Source of the DNA: Hyaloraphidium curvatum SAG 235-1 | Taxonomy: Eukaryota; Fungi; Monoblepharomycota | Assembly (NCBI GenBank): GCA_025558095.1 | Contig: JAIVFI010000018.1 | Span: 62,001 to 126,000 of the forward strand | Length of the DNA: 64,000 nucleotides | Direction of reading: 5' to 3' | Shown: one piece after another, positions 11,068-22,942 of the stretch | How the letters are laid out: every line of letters begins with the position of its first letter | Numbering within the stretch: the stretch's first letter is position 1 | Notes under the pieces: model-generated | What the model saw: only the letters and a program-made list of their open reading frames with translations | Database searches by the model: none | Told to the model about the DNA's origin: nothing | Made by a program: the position numbers and the translations under genes

Positions 11068-14000
11068 ATGGAGCACGCAGAGAACCAGAGTGACGACATC
11101 CTGAGTCTGGCGCGAGTTGTTGCGGCGCGGGCTTGGGTGCGGCATGGCTGTGCTTCCTGGCCGTCGGCGATCCGGGGAGGCAGGCTCCGCAATGGCGTCT
11201 TCTCAGGCGACCGAGTACCGTAGCTACGGCGGGTTCGGCAACAACGAGCAGTTCCCGACGCGCGGCGCCGGGCTCCAGCCGTACCTCTTGACGAACGGCG
11301 GCGGCTTCGATGAGACGGAGCCCGAGTTCTCCGACGGCCGGGGTGCCGCGTTTGCATCGGCCGTCTCATTCGACCGCGCCTCCAATCGCTCGGTGTTTGT
11401 GCCCGCGGGCTCCGGCCGGCCGCGCACGCTGCCGACCGCGCGATTCCTCTCGAACGCGCTCTTTGCCTTCGGCGCCAACGTTTCGAGGCCCGGCGAGCTG
11501 CCTGCTGCGCCCGACCCGCCCAATTCGCGCCGCATGCTCTCGGACATGGTCACCTACTTCGGGCATCTTCTCTCGGGCGACATCGACCGCGGCATCCCCT
11601 CTGGCGAGTTCCATTTCCCCCTGGGCGCGACTACTCCGGAGCCATGGCCCCTGGCAATCCCCTCGTGCGACCCCGTGTTCGACCCGTTGTGCGCCGGAAC
11701 ACCTCAGCCCGCCGAGATGGCATTCACCCGCAACCTGGCGGTGACGAACGCATCCGACTCGCCCGGGCGCCGCCGGGCGATCAACAGCGTGTCGGCATTT
11801 GTCGACCTGTCGCCGCTCTACGCCGACGATCCCGAATCGGCGGCCTTTCTCCGGCGGGACACCGGCGGCCTCCTGCGCTCGCACGTGATTCCGACGACCT
11901 ACGTCGAGGACGGTGTCTCAACGACCGTCGACGCAGAATTTCCCCCGTTGATCCGCGAGATCGACGGACCGTGGTCGCGCTACAAGGTGCCCCGCGCAGG
12001 CCTCGTGGACCCCGGCGATCTCTTTGCCGTAGGCGCGATGAGTTTCAACGGCGCGATCCCCACCATCTCCCTGGTCACCCTTTTCCACCGGAACCATAAT
12101 CGCCTGGCGCGCCTGCTCTCGCAGGAGAACCCTTCGTGGGACGATGCCACCCTTTTCGAAGAAGCCCGCCGCCGCAACATCGCGCACTACCAGCGAGTCA
12201 CCTTCTTCGAGTACCTCCCCGTGCTCCTGGGCAGCAACGCGCTTCCCCCTTACCAAGGCTACAATGCCTCCCTCGACCCGGGCATTGACTGCTTCTTTGC
12301 TATGGCTACGATGCGCTACGGACACTCGGAAGTCGGCGACTCGGTCCGCATTGTCCCCCCTCGGACTTCGCCGCACCCCGAGCTATCCGTGCCCTTCGTC
12401 CAGCCGGCCTTCCGCCCGCTGTCCCTTCTTGAAACATACGACATTGGTGCGCCCCTACTGGGCGCGGCGGTAACGGTGCAGCGGGACGTGGACATCTACT
12501 ACTCCGACTCGCTCCGGAGCAAGGTGTGGGACCACCCCAACCGCGGCGGGAGGGACGAGGCGGCGATCGACATCGAACGCGGGAGGGACTGCGGATGCGG
12601 GAACTACCTCAACGCCCGGCGGGCGCTGGGTCTGCCTGTCCCGGCCGCGTTTGCCGAGGTCGCCGAGGATCCTGCGCTCGCTGAGCGCATGGCCGAGGCC
12701 TACGGTGGCAGGCTGGAGCTGCTGGATGCTCTGGTCGGTGCGTACGCAGAGCCAAAGGTGAACGGGGGCAACCTCGGCGCGACGTTCTTCGAGTCGCTTG
12801 TGAGGCAATTTGCCCGCCTGAGGGACGGGGACAGGTTCTACTACCTAGCGGACGAAGCGGGCTTCACGGACTTGGAGAGGGCCGAGATCGGGAACGTGAC
12901 GTTGCGCAAGCTGGTGCTGCTCAACTCGCCTGGCCTGGCGGAGGTGGACGTGCCGCGGGACCTGTGGCACGCGAGGTCGTCCGGCGGACTGGCCGCCGAC
13001 GACGGGGCCGATCCTCTCGCCGCGCGGTACACCAACGTCGTGCGCCTGACACCCGACTATACAATCTACTGGCGGATCGACGGGCGCTCGATCGCGGTCG
13101 CGCAGAAGCTGGCGAGTACGAGTGGCTGGGCTGGGTTGGCGTTCGCCGCGGGGATAGGACAGCTCATGCCGGGCGCCGACTTTGTCGTGGCTTCCAGGGA
13201 CGGGGTCAGTGGGAACGCGTCGGTGAGGCAGTACACCGCCAACCCGAAAGGATTCGACCGGCCTGTGGAACGGGATGATTCAGCGGTCAGGGTGGTCAAT
13301 GTTCAGGTCGGGAGCGACGGCCGATCGACGCTCTTCGAGTGGACTCGGCCGCTCGATACGGGCCAGCCCGGCGCCCAGGTGCTCGCTCGTGGCGCGCGGC
13401 AGCTGCTTTTTGCGTACGATACGTCCCAACCGGGGTTGACCTACCATGGAGCCAGCCGCGGCGCCTTCGTCGTCGATCTGTTTGACACGAGGGCGACGGC
13501 AGTGCTTGCCGCCCCGAGCAGTGTGGCAGTAGCTACGAGGACGGTGCACGGGATCGGAATGATTCTCGTCTTCGGAATCGTCTACCCGGCCGCAATCTAC
13601 ATCGCGCGCTACACGCGGCACACGGACTACTGGCTCAACCTCCACACCACGGCACAGACATTCGGCGGGGTGTCGTTCGTTGCACTGGGCACGGCAGCGG
13701 CAGCGACCGTTTCGGCAGTCGCGGTGACGAACCATGCCATAGGTGGGTTTGCGCGGCCCTGCTTGCTTTGTTCCTCCTGACGTTTCTCCTCCCAAGTCGG
13801 CATAACAATTTTCTCGCTCGTGGTGGTACAGCTTCTCCTCGGCTTCCTTGCTCGCCTCGGTCTCTCCAAGCGGTTCCAGGGCTATGCGTACCTCCGCATG
13901 GGGCACAGAGTGTTTGGTGCCTGCATCCTTCTACTCGGCTGGGCCAACATCCAGCTCGGCCTTCAGCAGCAGTGGCCGTCGACGGGCTGGATCGGCAACA

Positions 14001-15550
14001 TCGTCGTTGGGGCCTGGCAAGCTCTGCTGGCGACGCTGTTTCTCCTTACGGAGCTCGGTTGGCGCGGTATCGTACCTTTTCCGATGCCTGACGAGGTCCT
14101 GGGACCGGTGGTGGGCAAGGTCAGAAGATGGCTCTCTGGAGTCTTCGGTGGTGAGGCGCCCGAGAAAGAGGTCGCGGCGAAAGTGGTGGAGGTGCCGATC
14201 TATGGCTGGGCCGACGTAAACCGCCGGGTGGCGGAGGGCGAGGAGTGGGTCGTGATCGCCGGAGGGTGGGTGCTTTCTCCGATATCCAAACGTGAAGCGC
14301 TGAACCTTGTCGCCCTTGAAGAGTCTACGACGTATCCGAATGGAAATCTAGCCATCCTGGCGGCAAGGAGGTGCTGAAGAAGATGATCGGACTGGATGCG
14401 ACGGCCGTGAGTGGCGGCAAGTCGTGAGACCTGACTGAGCCGAGACCTGATCTCTTCTTCCATCGCACAGGAATTCTTCGGCGGCGTCGTCCCCAAGGAC
14501 GTGGAATCACCCGCCGACGACGATTTCGATGCCAACCTCGGCGGCACAAAGGCCCGCCGGCGCTGGCGTCGCGCGCCCACCGCGCCCTTGCTCGATCTAA
14601 ACGCGACAGTGCTCGGCTCGCAGGCGCAGCTTGTCGCCAAGCCCGCGCAGAAGATCGCCGCCGAGTCGCACGCGCACACGCCCTTCGCGGACGGCAAGCT
14701 CGCCTCGCTGCTCGTCGGTCGACTGGCCCGGAGCACGACGGAAAAGATAGCCGGGGGCTCGTCGGGGATGCAGGACGAGTTCAGGCGCTTCGTCGTCGCG
14801 GCCAAGGGCGAGTCGGCGCGGGGAAACACGGCAAGGAGGTTCACTCTAGTGCCGGTCGTGCCGCGATCGGGCGATGCGGCCGAGTTCCTACCGGGCCAGG
14901 CGGTTGAGATTCGGGCGCGGATCAAGAAGCGCATGGTGATCAGGTTGGAGCCGCCCCTTGAGAAGTGTTTTGCTTCTGCTGATGGTGGCCGCGATCGCAG
15001 GTCGTACACCCCGATCTCCGGGAACATGGTCGACGGCTTTGACATTGCCGTCAAGATCAAGCCCCGCGGACAGATGACCCCGTTCCTGGACTCGCTCGCG
15101 GTCGGCAAGGCCGTCGTGGAGGTCCGCGGCCCCACCGGCACGGTCGTGCTCGACGCCGACAGCCCGGACGGGTGCTACGACCACCTCCTGATGGTCGCCG
15201 GCGGGAGCGGGATCACGCCGATGGTGCAGCTGGCGCACTGGCACGCGCATCGGGCGTCGGCGCACGATCGGGGGCCCCTGCAGCGGCTGATCTACTACAA
15301 CCGGACCGAGGCCGAGGCGATGGAGCTCCCGGATCTGCGGAGGCTTTCCGATTTGACGGAGAGGAGGTTCGTCATGGAGCTCGAGGAGGGCGAGCCGGTG
15401 CAGGAGCAGCTTGCCGAGGGGGTTGCCGAGATCACGCTGGCGGAGGGGAGCAAGAAGATTGCGGTATGCGGGCCGGCAGGCTTTTGCTCGGCCGTTGAAG
15501 GCCTGCTCGGACACTTGGGAGTGCCCGAGGACCTGATCTATGTCATCTGA
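11068..15550 (+). CDS. Multidomain fusion: heme peroxidase-like + DOMON + cytochrome b561 + cytochrome b5 + FAD/NAD(P)H (cytochrome b5 reductase-like) domains
   Basis: Peroxidase: EYRSYGGFGNN, AINSVSAFVDLSPLY, FHRNHNRLA, RYGHS, IERGRDCG, RLRDGDRFYY. DOMON: GWAGLAF..MPGADFVV..YHG. b561: HGIGM, LHTTAQ, NHAIVG, GHRVFG. b5: WVVIAGGVYDVSEWKSSHPGG. Reductase: RSYTPIS, VRGPTG, VAGGSGITPM, CGPAGF. Introns 13743-13796, 14266-14321, 14407-14470 and 14944-15000 all preserve frame. Start is uncertain: ATG 11068 with intron 11137-11206, or ATG 11192. Confidence 0.88.
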
Positions 15551-15619
15551 AGTATTGGTCATGTATTCGAACTGACTTCTATCCGCGCGCGCGAAGCATC
15601 GCTGAACCCCCACCGAGCC

Positions 15620-17689
15620 TCACCCCGCCATCGCCGCAGCCCACACGCCCCACGTCCCCATCCCCACCCCCGCCAGCAACATCGCCCATCCAAAGGCCCT
15701 GTCCATCCTCCCCGCGTGCGGAAACATCCGGAGGTAGCACGCGCAAGGGAACACTAAGGCGGTCGGCGTCGCCAGCGCCGAGCCGAGCAGCGCCGCGGCG
15801 CGCAGGAAAGACGGGAGGAGGTACGACAGTAGAAGCACGACGAGGAGCAGTGCGATGCGGAGGGGGATGCGGAAGGGGCGGGGGAGCGTGGCCGGTTGCG
15901 GCGGGGCGATCGGGATGGGGATGGGGAACGGAGAGGGCGGGCGCAGGAGCGGTGTGCGCTCGCTGCTGTTTGCCGGGGTGGGGAAGTTCGATTGCCGGAT
16001 AGCGGAGGAGGGGGTGTGAAAGGATGCGAGGGGCGATCGCCGCGCGAACGGCTCGTCCTCCGAGTCCGAAGAGATCGACCCATTGTCCTGCTCGATCGCG
16101 ACCTCCGGTACCGCCTGCGACTCCGGCATCTCCGCGGAAGGCGTATCCATCGGCCGTCCGAAGAAGGCCGGCAGACGGGGCGACCACCTGTCAGCGATCG
16201 CCGCCGGGCTCGGCGCCCTCGGCCTCTCCACCCCCTGTCCCGCGGCCTCCTTCTCCCCCTTCCACCCCTCGACCATCCTCGCCACCGCCCCCTCCGCCAT
16301 CCGTCCGACGACCTCCATCACCACCCCGACCTTGCTCACGGGGTTGGCCGCCCAGACCCCCGCGATCGCGGCGGCGACCCAGCGGGGGTACCGCCCTTGG
16401 CCCGCCATCCGCGCGATGTTGCCCGTGACCTCGGCTTCCGAGTGGTCGCCAAACATCAGGTACCCTGCTGCGCCGAATGCCAGGTAGGTCGCGGCCACGA
16501 GGGCGTACGAGAGCGCGACGGCGGCGCCGAAGCGGGATTCGTCGCGCATCTCGCGCTTCAGGGAGGGGAGCACGATGTGACCCGCGAGGGAGGCCATGGC
16601 GATGCCGTAGGTGAGCGGGAGGGCGGATGGGAAGGTGTGGGAGACGAGGTGCGTGGGTGAGGGACGGAGGATGGAGCCGGTGGGGTCCGGCAGGGGGGAT
16701 TGCGCTGGGAGGAAGCCGAGGGTGAAGAGGGTGACGAGGAGGAAGATGATCGAGAGCAGGCCTGTGGGAGGATCCAGATGCAAACACGATCAACCATAAC
16801 CTATGTGATCGCGGGCATGCTGTCACCCACCGAAAGCGGCGACGTAGCTGAGGTACCGCATGCTACCCACGAAAGTGAGGGGCGCGACGACGACCCCGAT
16901 CACAACGTATAGCCAAAGGCTTCCCGCCGCCGACGGCAGGAGCGAAGCTACTGAGTCCGCGCACACGATCAGGTACGTCACCGAAACCACCAGGAGATCC
17001 AGCGCCACAACGCACCCCACCGCCACCTCCCCCCACCTCCCGAACGCCGCCCTGCCCACGTCCGCATAGGTCATTATCCTTGTCCCGTCCCCCGCCTCCG
17101 CGTCCATGCAGGCCGCGAGCATCCCCGCCGTCCGCACCGTCGCGAAGCACACGGCTAGCAGCGTCGTCGCGCCGGGGATCCAGCCGACCTGGGCGATGGC
17201 GCGGGGGAGGGCGAGGATGCCGATGCCGACCAGCATGTTGGAGGTGTTTGCAACGGTGTGGCCGAACGAGGAGAGGTGTGGGGACGAGGGGGGCGTTGCT
17301 TCGGAGCCGACCGACTCCTCGTCCGAGGGCGGTGAGAGGGTACGGGACGGGACGGCGGCGTGCGGCTTGATCGGCGAGCCCTCGGGGCTTCCGCGCGGCG
17401 TGTCCAGGGCGTGCGCGGGGCGGAAGCCGATTTCGAACGGCGAGCGGGGCGTGCTCGGAGACGCGGCACCGGCGGAAGAAAACGTCGGCTTCGGCATGTT
17501 CATCGATCGTGCGGCTCGTGGCGCAGTTTCGGGCCTCATCTCGGCGGGCGGGCGCGGCACGGGCGTGTGCCCCGATGACGTGGCAGGCGCCGCCGGCGGG
17601 CTGTTCTCCGCCGCCTCCGACCGCGCCGGGCCCTCCTCAGCAGTGTGGAAGGATAACGCTGAGGTCGACCGCGAGAATGGCGATGCCAT
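15620..17689 (-). CDS. Amino acid transporter, AAAP/Aa_trans family (AVT1-like vacuolar type)
   Basis: SSFGHTVANTSNMLVGIGILALPRAIAQVGWIPG, TYADVGRAAFG, LAGHIVLPSLKREM, GYLMFG, FPCACYL. Intron near 16770-16830. Confidence 0.9.
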
Positions 17690-17836
17690 CGAGTGGCGCG
17701 CAACGGGCAGCCGGGGAGACCGGCTTTCGACGGAACGGCGGAAGCAGCCAAGGGACTATGCGCGTCGCATCTGCCTCATTTGCTGGGCCGCTTCCCCCGG
17801 ATTGGTCGGCGCATTCGTGGTTAAAGCGCTGGCATT

Positions 17837-19120
17837 ATGTCCTCCGACGCGGACTCGGAGGTCTCCGCGGGGGACGGCGGCCCGCCGACGGCCGACGACG
17901 CGTCCGAAGCGTCCGACGACTCGGCGGCAAACACGCCGTCGCTGCCGCCCGAGCTGCTGCTTGACGTCATGCGGATCCTCGCGCGGCAGCACCTGAAGGG
18001 CACGCTGCTCGAGTTTGCCGCGGCGTCGCGGTCGTGCTGCGCCCTCGCCGTGCCGGAGCTCTACCGGCACGTCAACCTCCTCGCCGATTCCCCGGCTTCG
18101 GCACGATGGCTGGCCAACTTTGCCGAGGACGGACTCGGCATGGACAAGTGGACCAACGTGCGCTCCGTGCGGGCGTTTGTCGGGATCCGCACGGGGGAAG
18201 AGACCGGGGCGCGCGTGCGCCGGTCCGCCCGCTCCTTCAAGCGCTCCGACGCCGAGGCCAACGCGATAAAGTGCCGCATCCTGGGGGACTGCCGTGAAAC
18301 GGTGCGCACGATGGCGCTGAGCCTGGCCGGCGCCGAGGGACAGGACGTGTGGAACGAGCTGCCCCTGTTCCCGTCCCTGAAGCACCTCGACCTGACCGTC
18401 GGCCGGACCACCCTCCCCGCGGGCCCGATCCCCGGCCTGCCCCCCTCCCTGGAGCTCTTCACCCTCCGCAACTACACCGACGTCCAGGGCGCCGACTTTT
18501 CCCCGCTCCTTGGGGCTTTGGACGCCCACCCCTCACTGCAGGAATGGTCCCTCGCCGCCGACGTGGACCCGTGCCACCTCGCCGCCTTCCCGCGTCTGAT
18601 GCCCAAATTGGCACGCGTGGCCAAGGTGCACCGCGAGTCGACCGCGCTGGCGCTGCTCTCGGACCCGGCGTTCGCCCCGCGGGTGCTCGTCTTCCGGCGG
18701 AGCTACGCTTCCTCCCCCGCGGGCTGGAAAAAGGTCTGGGAGCTGGTCAAGAAGCTGGAGTCGCTCGAATATTTCCAGTTCCCGCTGCACCAGCAGCTCG
18801 ACGCCGGCATCCCCCTCTCTTCCGGCCTCCCCCCCAACCTCAAACGGCTCGTCGTCGAGAGCGTCGGCGTCAAACCCGAGCCCAAGCGCCTCGCGCGCAA
18901 CCTCAAGGACCTCCGCTCCTCCCTCGCCCGCACGCGCGCCGGGCCCGGGTTGGCGGTGCTGGTGGGCAAGGACGTGGGCGAGTTTTCGCCGCCCGAGAGG
19001 GCGCTCTGGAAGGGGCTCGGGGAAGGGGTGGAGCTGTGCGCGCCGGGGGACGAGAGGATGGCGAGGGTGGGGTTGGAGGAGGGTTGGAGGGCGCTGGACG
19101 AGTGCTGCGTGGCGTGGTGA
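17837..19120 (+). CDS. F-box-like / leucine-rich-repeat hypothetical protein
   Basis: N-terminal SLPPELLLDVMRIL...ASRSCCALAVPELYRHV, followed by LRR-like units FPSLKHLDL, LPPSLELFTL, LPPNLKRLVV; single ORF. Confidence 0.6.
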   Translation: MSSDADSEVSAGDGGPPTADDASEASDDSAANTPSLPPELLLDVMRILARQHLKGTLLEFAAASRSCCALAVPELYRHVNLLADSPASARWLANFAEDGLGMDKWTNVRSVRAFVGIRTGEETGARVRRSARSFKRSDAEANAIKCRILGDCRETVRTMALSLAGAEGQDVWNELPLFPSLKHLDLTVGRTTLPAGPIPGLPPSLELFTLRNYTDVQGADFSPLLGALDAHPSLQEWSLAADVDPCHLAAFPRLMPKLARVAKVHRESTALALLSDPAFAPRVLVFRRSYASSPAGWKKVWELVKKLESLEYFQFPLHQQLDAGIPLSSGLPPNLKRLVVESVGVKPEPKRLARNLKDLRSSLARTRAGPGLAVLVGKDVGEFSPPERALWKGLGEGVELCAPGDERMARVGLEEGWRALDECCVAW

Positions 19121-19268
19121 TGCGCATGATTTGGAATCTGGTATTTGGAGCAGCAACCGAACTGCGTGTGCGTCATCGCGATTCTTTTGCCCGCGGTCGT
19201 ACCTGGGGCTTGGGAGGCTCGGGACCTGGACCCCTTGGCCTTCAACCGTCGCTCCTGCTCTCTGCACC

Positions 19269-20833
19269 ATGGGAACCGCGGACCCGCCGTCGTTCGACCT
19301 GTCGCCGCGCGAATGGCTGACTGTTTTCCCAGAGCCCTCGCGGCGCCGTGACCCGGCGGGTCCCGCGCGCGCGGCGTCTCCTCTGGAACCGGCGACCTTC
19401 GTCGCCGCGGTCCGCGCGCGCAGCCGCATCCTGGCGGCCATGGACCTCATCTCCCTGCGGCTTTTCCGGGTCGCCCACTTGTTTACCGCGCGCTACGCGG
19501 CCTTTAGCGCCGCGTGCGTCGCGATGGTCGCGCCCGTCTTGGTGTTCAACGAGGGCCGGTTCGGGCAGCGCCAGGTCGATGCATTCCTCGGGAACACGGC
19601 CGTGATGACGGCGGTCAGTGCGCTGTGGTTCCTGCGGACCGAGATCCTCGGCGGGAAGGCCGCCCTTAGCAGCATCCTCAAGGTGAAGGGGATGTACCAG
19701 GAAGAGAGCGGCAAGAAGGACGATGTGGAGGAGCCGCCGGCCGCGAGCTCGCCACTCGACACGCACCCGGATGCTGTGGTCGCGAGGTGGTCGCAGCTGG
19801 CAGAGTTTGCGAACGCCGACGGCGAGGATGGGACCCAGGGCTCGCGGCTCCTCGTCCACGACGAGGACGCGCCGTGCCCTTGCCCGCTTCCAGGATGCGC
19901 AAGCAGACTCTTTGTGATCGCCGCGTTCCAGCGTCTAGTGACCGTGGCTTGGATCTTTATCGTCTTTATTCCTGGCTACACGGTCTTCTTGAACTGGACC
20001 TCCTGGGTCACTTTCGGCGCGCAGACGTGGACCACCGCATGGAGCTGCGCCCTCTCCATCGCGACCGTTCTTGTGCACCTCCTCTACCTAGGGATCAACC
20101 CGCTAGCAGCGGTCCTGAGCAACCCCGCGCTCCTCGAGCTCTCGGCGCGCCTCCAGCACCGCGCTTTGGTCCTTGCCCTGGACGCCTTCCTCGACGAGCA
20201 GGAGAAGGCCGCCGACGATGCTCCGCCCGCCGACGGCGACAAGGAGTGCTACATCCGCCTGCAGGAGCACCTGCAAGGCAGTTGGCAGCTCAGCCTGGAT
20301 CACATCTCCGCTGGTCGCTCCAACCCGTTCATCTGGATCCTCTTGCAAATCGTCGGCATGATCGTGACCATCGTGGGTCCGCTGTCTGCATCGCGCATCT
20401 GTGGGTCTTCTCACCTTTCCGCTCCTTCCCCTACGGCGCGCAGTCCACCGGCTCATGCATTACCATGACCCAGATCTGCTGCGCCGTCGCTCCTGCGGGC
20501 GTCATCGTCAACGACCTCGCCTCCATAGCCGTCTTCAACGCGGGCGTTGCGCGTACCTCGGCCCTCTGCCGCTCGGCTTCCTCCCGGCTGTGCCTCCTAG
20601 CTCTGCGCCGCCCTTCGTCGCCGCGGCTGACGGCGTTCGTGGCGCACCGCGGCGTGCTGGACGGGTTCGCCGTCCGCGCGGAGGGGTTCAGGGGCAAGTT
20701 CATGGGGTTCGGGGTGGGCTTCGGGATGATCAGGGCGCTGATGGCGGGGACCTTTGCCGCGGGGGTGGGGCTTGCGAGCATTCTGCGGGGATCGGGGATC
20801 TTCGTGACGGTCGAGTCGGTGTGCCCGGGGTGA
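19269..20833 (+). CDS. Seven-TM membrane protein, paralog A (candidate GRL/7TMIC-like)
   Basis: ORFs 19131.. and ..20833 are joined by intron 20373-20443. Seven hydrophobic segments. Highly similar to 23324-24901. Confidence 0.8.
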
Positions 20834-20954
20834 ACGCACAAAGACGGGGCGAACCGCTTGGAATAGAAAGGAAGCCAGGTTCAAGTTCGACTGGAAGAGC
20901 ATTCAATTTGAAACCACATCGTCTGTACAAGGTATCGCAATGCACGCATCCAAC

Positions 20955-22678
20955 TCAGGCCGACATGGCAACATCCGCGGCACGGCGCCTGATCATCATG
21001 TCGATTTTCTTCCCCGTGGGCTGCACGACAAAGTTCTCGCACGGCGCGACGGTCTCGCAGCCCTCGGCGAGCCGGAAGTCGTAGTTGGCGACAAAGTTTG
21101 CGATCATGATGCGCATCTCCTGCATGGCAAAGTTCTGCGGGGACGATCGGGGTGAGCGCGAGCAAAGCAGTGGTCGGATCGGAGGCCCACCTTGCCGACG
21201 CAGTCCCTCGATCCCATCGAGAACGGGAAGAAGGCGTCTTTGTACACCGTCCTCGGCCCCGGTCCGGCCTCCTCGGCCTCCTGCCAGCGCTCGGGCCACC
21301 AGTCCCGCGCGCGCTTCCAGAGCTGCGGGCTGCGGTGCATGGTCCAGGTGTTGACGATGATCACGGTGTTCTCGGGGATGGTCACGCTGCGGCCGTCGCG
21401 CTCGAAGGTGAAGCCGCCGGGCGGCGCCATCCGGGGAACGCCGACGTTGAGGGGGTGCAGGCGGAGGGTCTCGTTGATCATGCCGTTGAGGAGGGGGAGG
21501 GCCTTGAGGTCCGTGTGGCGGAAGAGGCCGTCCTGGAGCGGGAGGGCGGCGAGCTCGGCGCGCAGCTTGGGGATGTACTCCGGGTTCTTGGCGAGGAAGT
21601 AGATGACCCAGGACATGGTCATGGCGGTCGTGTCGCCTGTACCCGCAGTCAGCAGGTGCTCGATCGCAAGCATCCCACGGGACTCACCGCCGGCCCCGAG
21701 CATGAGCGACGACTCGGTGACGATCTCGTCAAAGTTGAGGGTCGCCCCGCTCTCCTTGTCCTTGGCGGTGATCAGGTTCTGCAGGATGTCCTTGGGCGCC
21801 GCGGCCGGATCCTCCGCCGTGAGCCGCTGCCTCTCCGAGACGATGTCGGCGGTGAACTTGGGGATGAACTCGATCGAAGGGGCCGTGGGGAGCGAGCGCC
21901 AGTTCTGGAACAGCGAGGGGTCGGCGAACCACATCATGAGCGACTTGAACCATTCATCCATGGCCTTCAGGAACGGGTGCAGCTCGGAAGAGTCCACGGA
22001 GCGGAACGACTGCCCAAAGGCGGTGGCGCCGATCACGTCCGAGGCCGCGGCGTTCATGAGCGAGACCACGTTGAGCTTGGCCTCCTTCTCCGGGGTCGCA
22101 GCAATGTCCCGATCGATTCGGCCGGTAAGGTCGCTCCACACCTGCGACATGTGGCCCTCGAGCCCGTTGAGGTAGGCGATCGAGAAGGAGGGCGACATGA
22201 GCCGGCGGCGGGTGCGGTGGTAGTCCTTGTCGGTGGTCGAGAACATCGAAGGCGGCAGCTGCGGGAGCCGGCCCATGTCGTAGAACATGGAGGCCTTCGG
22301 GGATCGTTAGTGTCGGCCTCTCACTGCCCACCGACTTGGGCGACCCACCTTGGGGAGGTCGCGCGACTTGAGGATGCACTGCGCCAGGGCGGGGTCGGCG
22401 ACCGAGACGGTGAAGGTGTTGGTGCGCACGAGGGAGCCGAGCTTGTCGTGGAGCGCCTCCCAGCGGAAGTGACGCGCGCCCGACATCAGGTCCTCCGCGA
22501 AGATGCTGGGGTTCCACAGCGCCGAGAACGGCGCGGGGATGCTCCGCATGGGCGACAGGAAGTAGTCCGAGAAACGGGCAGCCAGGAAGCGCGCTGCGTC
22601 GGCTATCCGGCGCGAGGCCAGGGCGAGCACGACCGCGGCTGCGAGGAGCACGGTGAGGGAGACGGTGACGAGAGCCAT
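20955..22678 (-). CDS. Cytochrome P450, several introns
   Basis: N-terminal anchor MALVTVSLTVLLAAAVVLAL, AG|GDTT I-helix, ETLRL (ExxR), PERW, FFPFSMGSRDCVGK heme motif. Confidence 0.95.
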
Positions 22679-22942
22679 TGCTGTTCGTTGGTTTGCTGGA
22701 GACGATGGGGAATGTGGACGTTCTGCGCCTGCTTATATTCTTCGGAGCTCGGAAAGTCCTGTGGAAGTGTCTGTTCCCGGGAACCGGGAAGTGACCCTTC
22801 CGAAGAACACGCCCGCGGGATCCTTCCTTTGACGTCACCTGCACAATGTAGCACCGCCCAACACACTGAGAACGCATATTCAATGGACGACTCGAGCGAT
22901 TCAAGTGTTCTGAGGTCTTGCTATGCATCTCCATGCGTAATT

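Noticed and set aside
11068-15550. Calling the fusion a canonical DUOX/NOX, or three separate genes
   Set aside because: No EF-hands and no gp91phox-type ferric reductase domain; it has DOMON, b561, b5 and a b5-reductase-type module instead. Canonical introns join all parts in frame.
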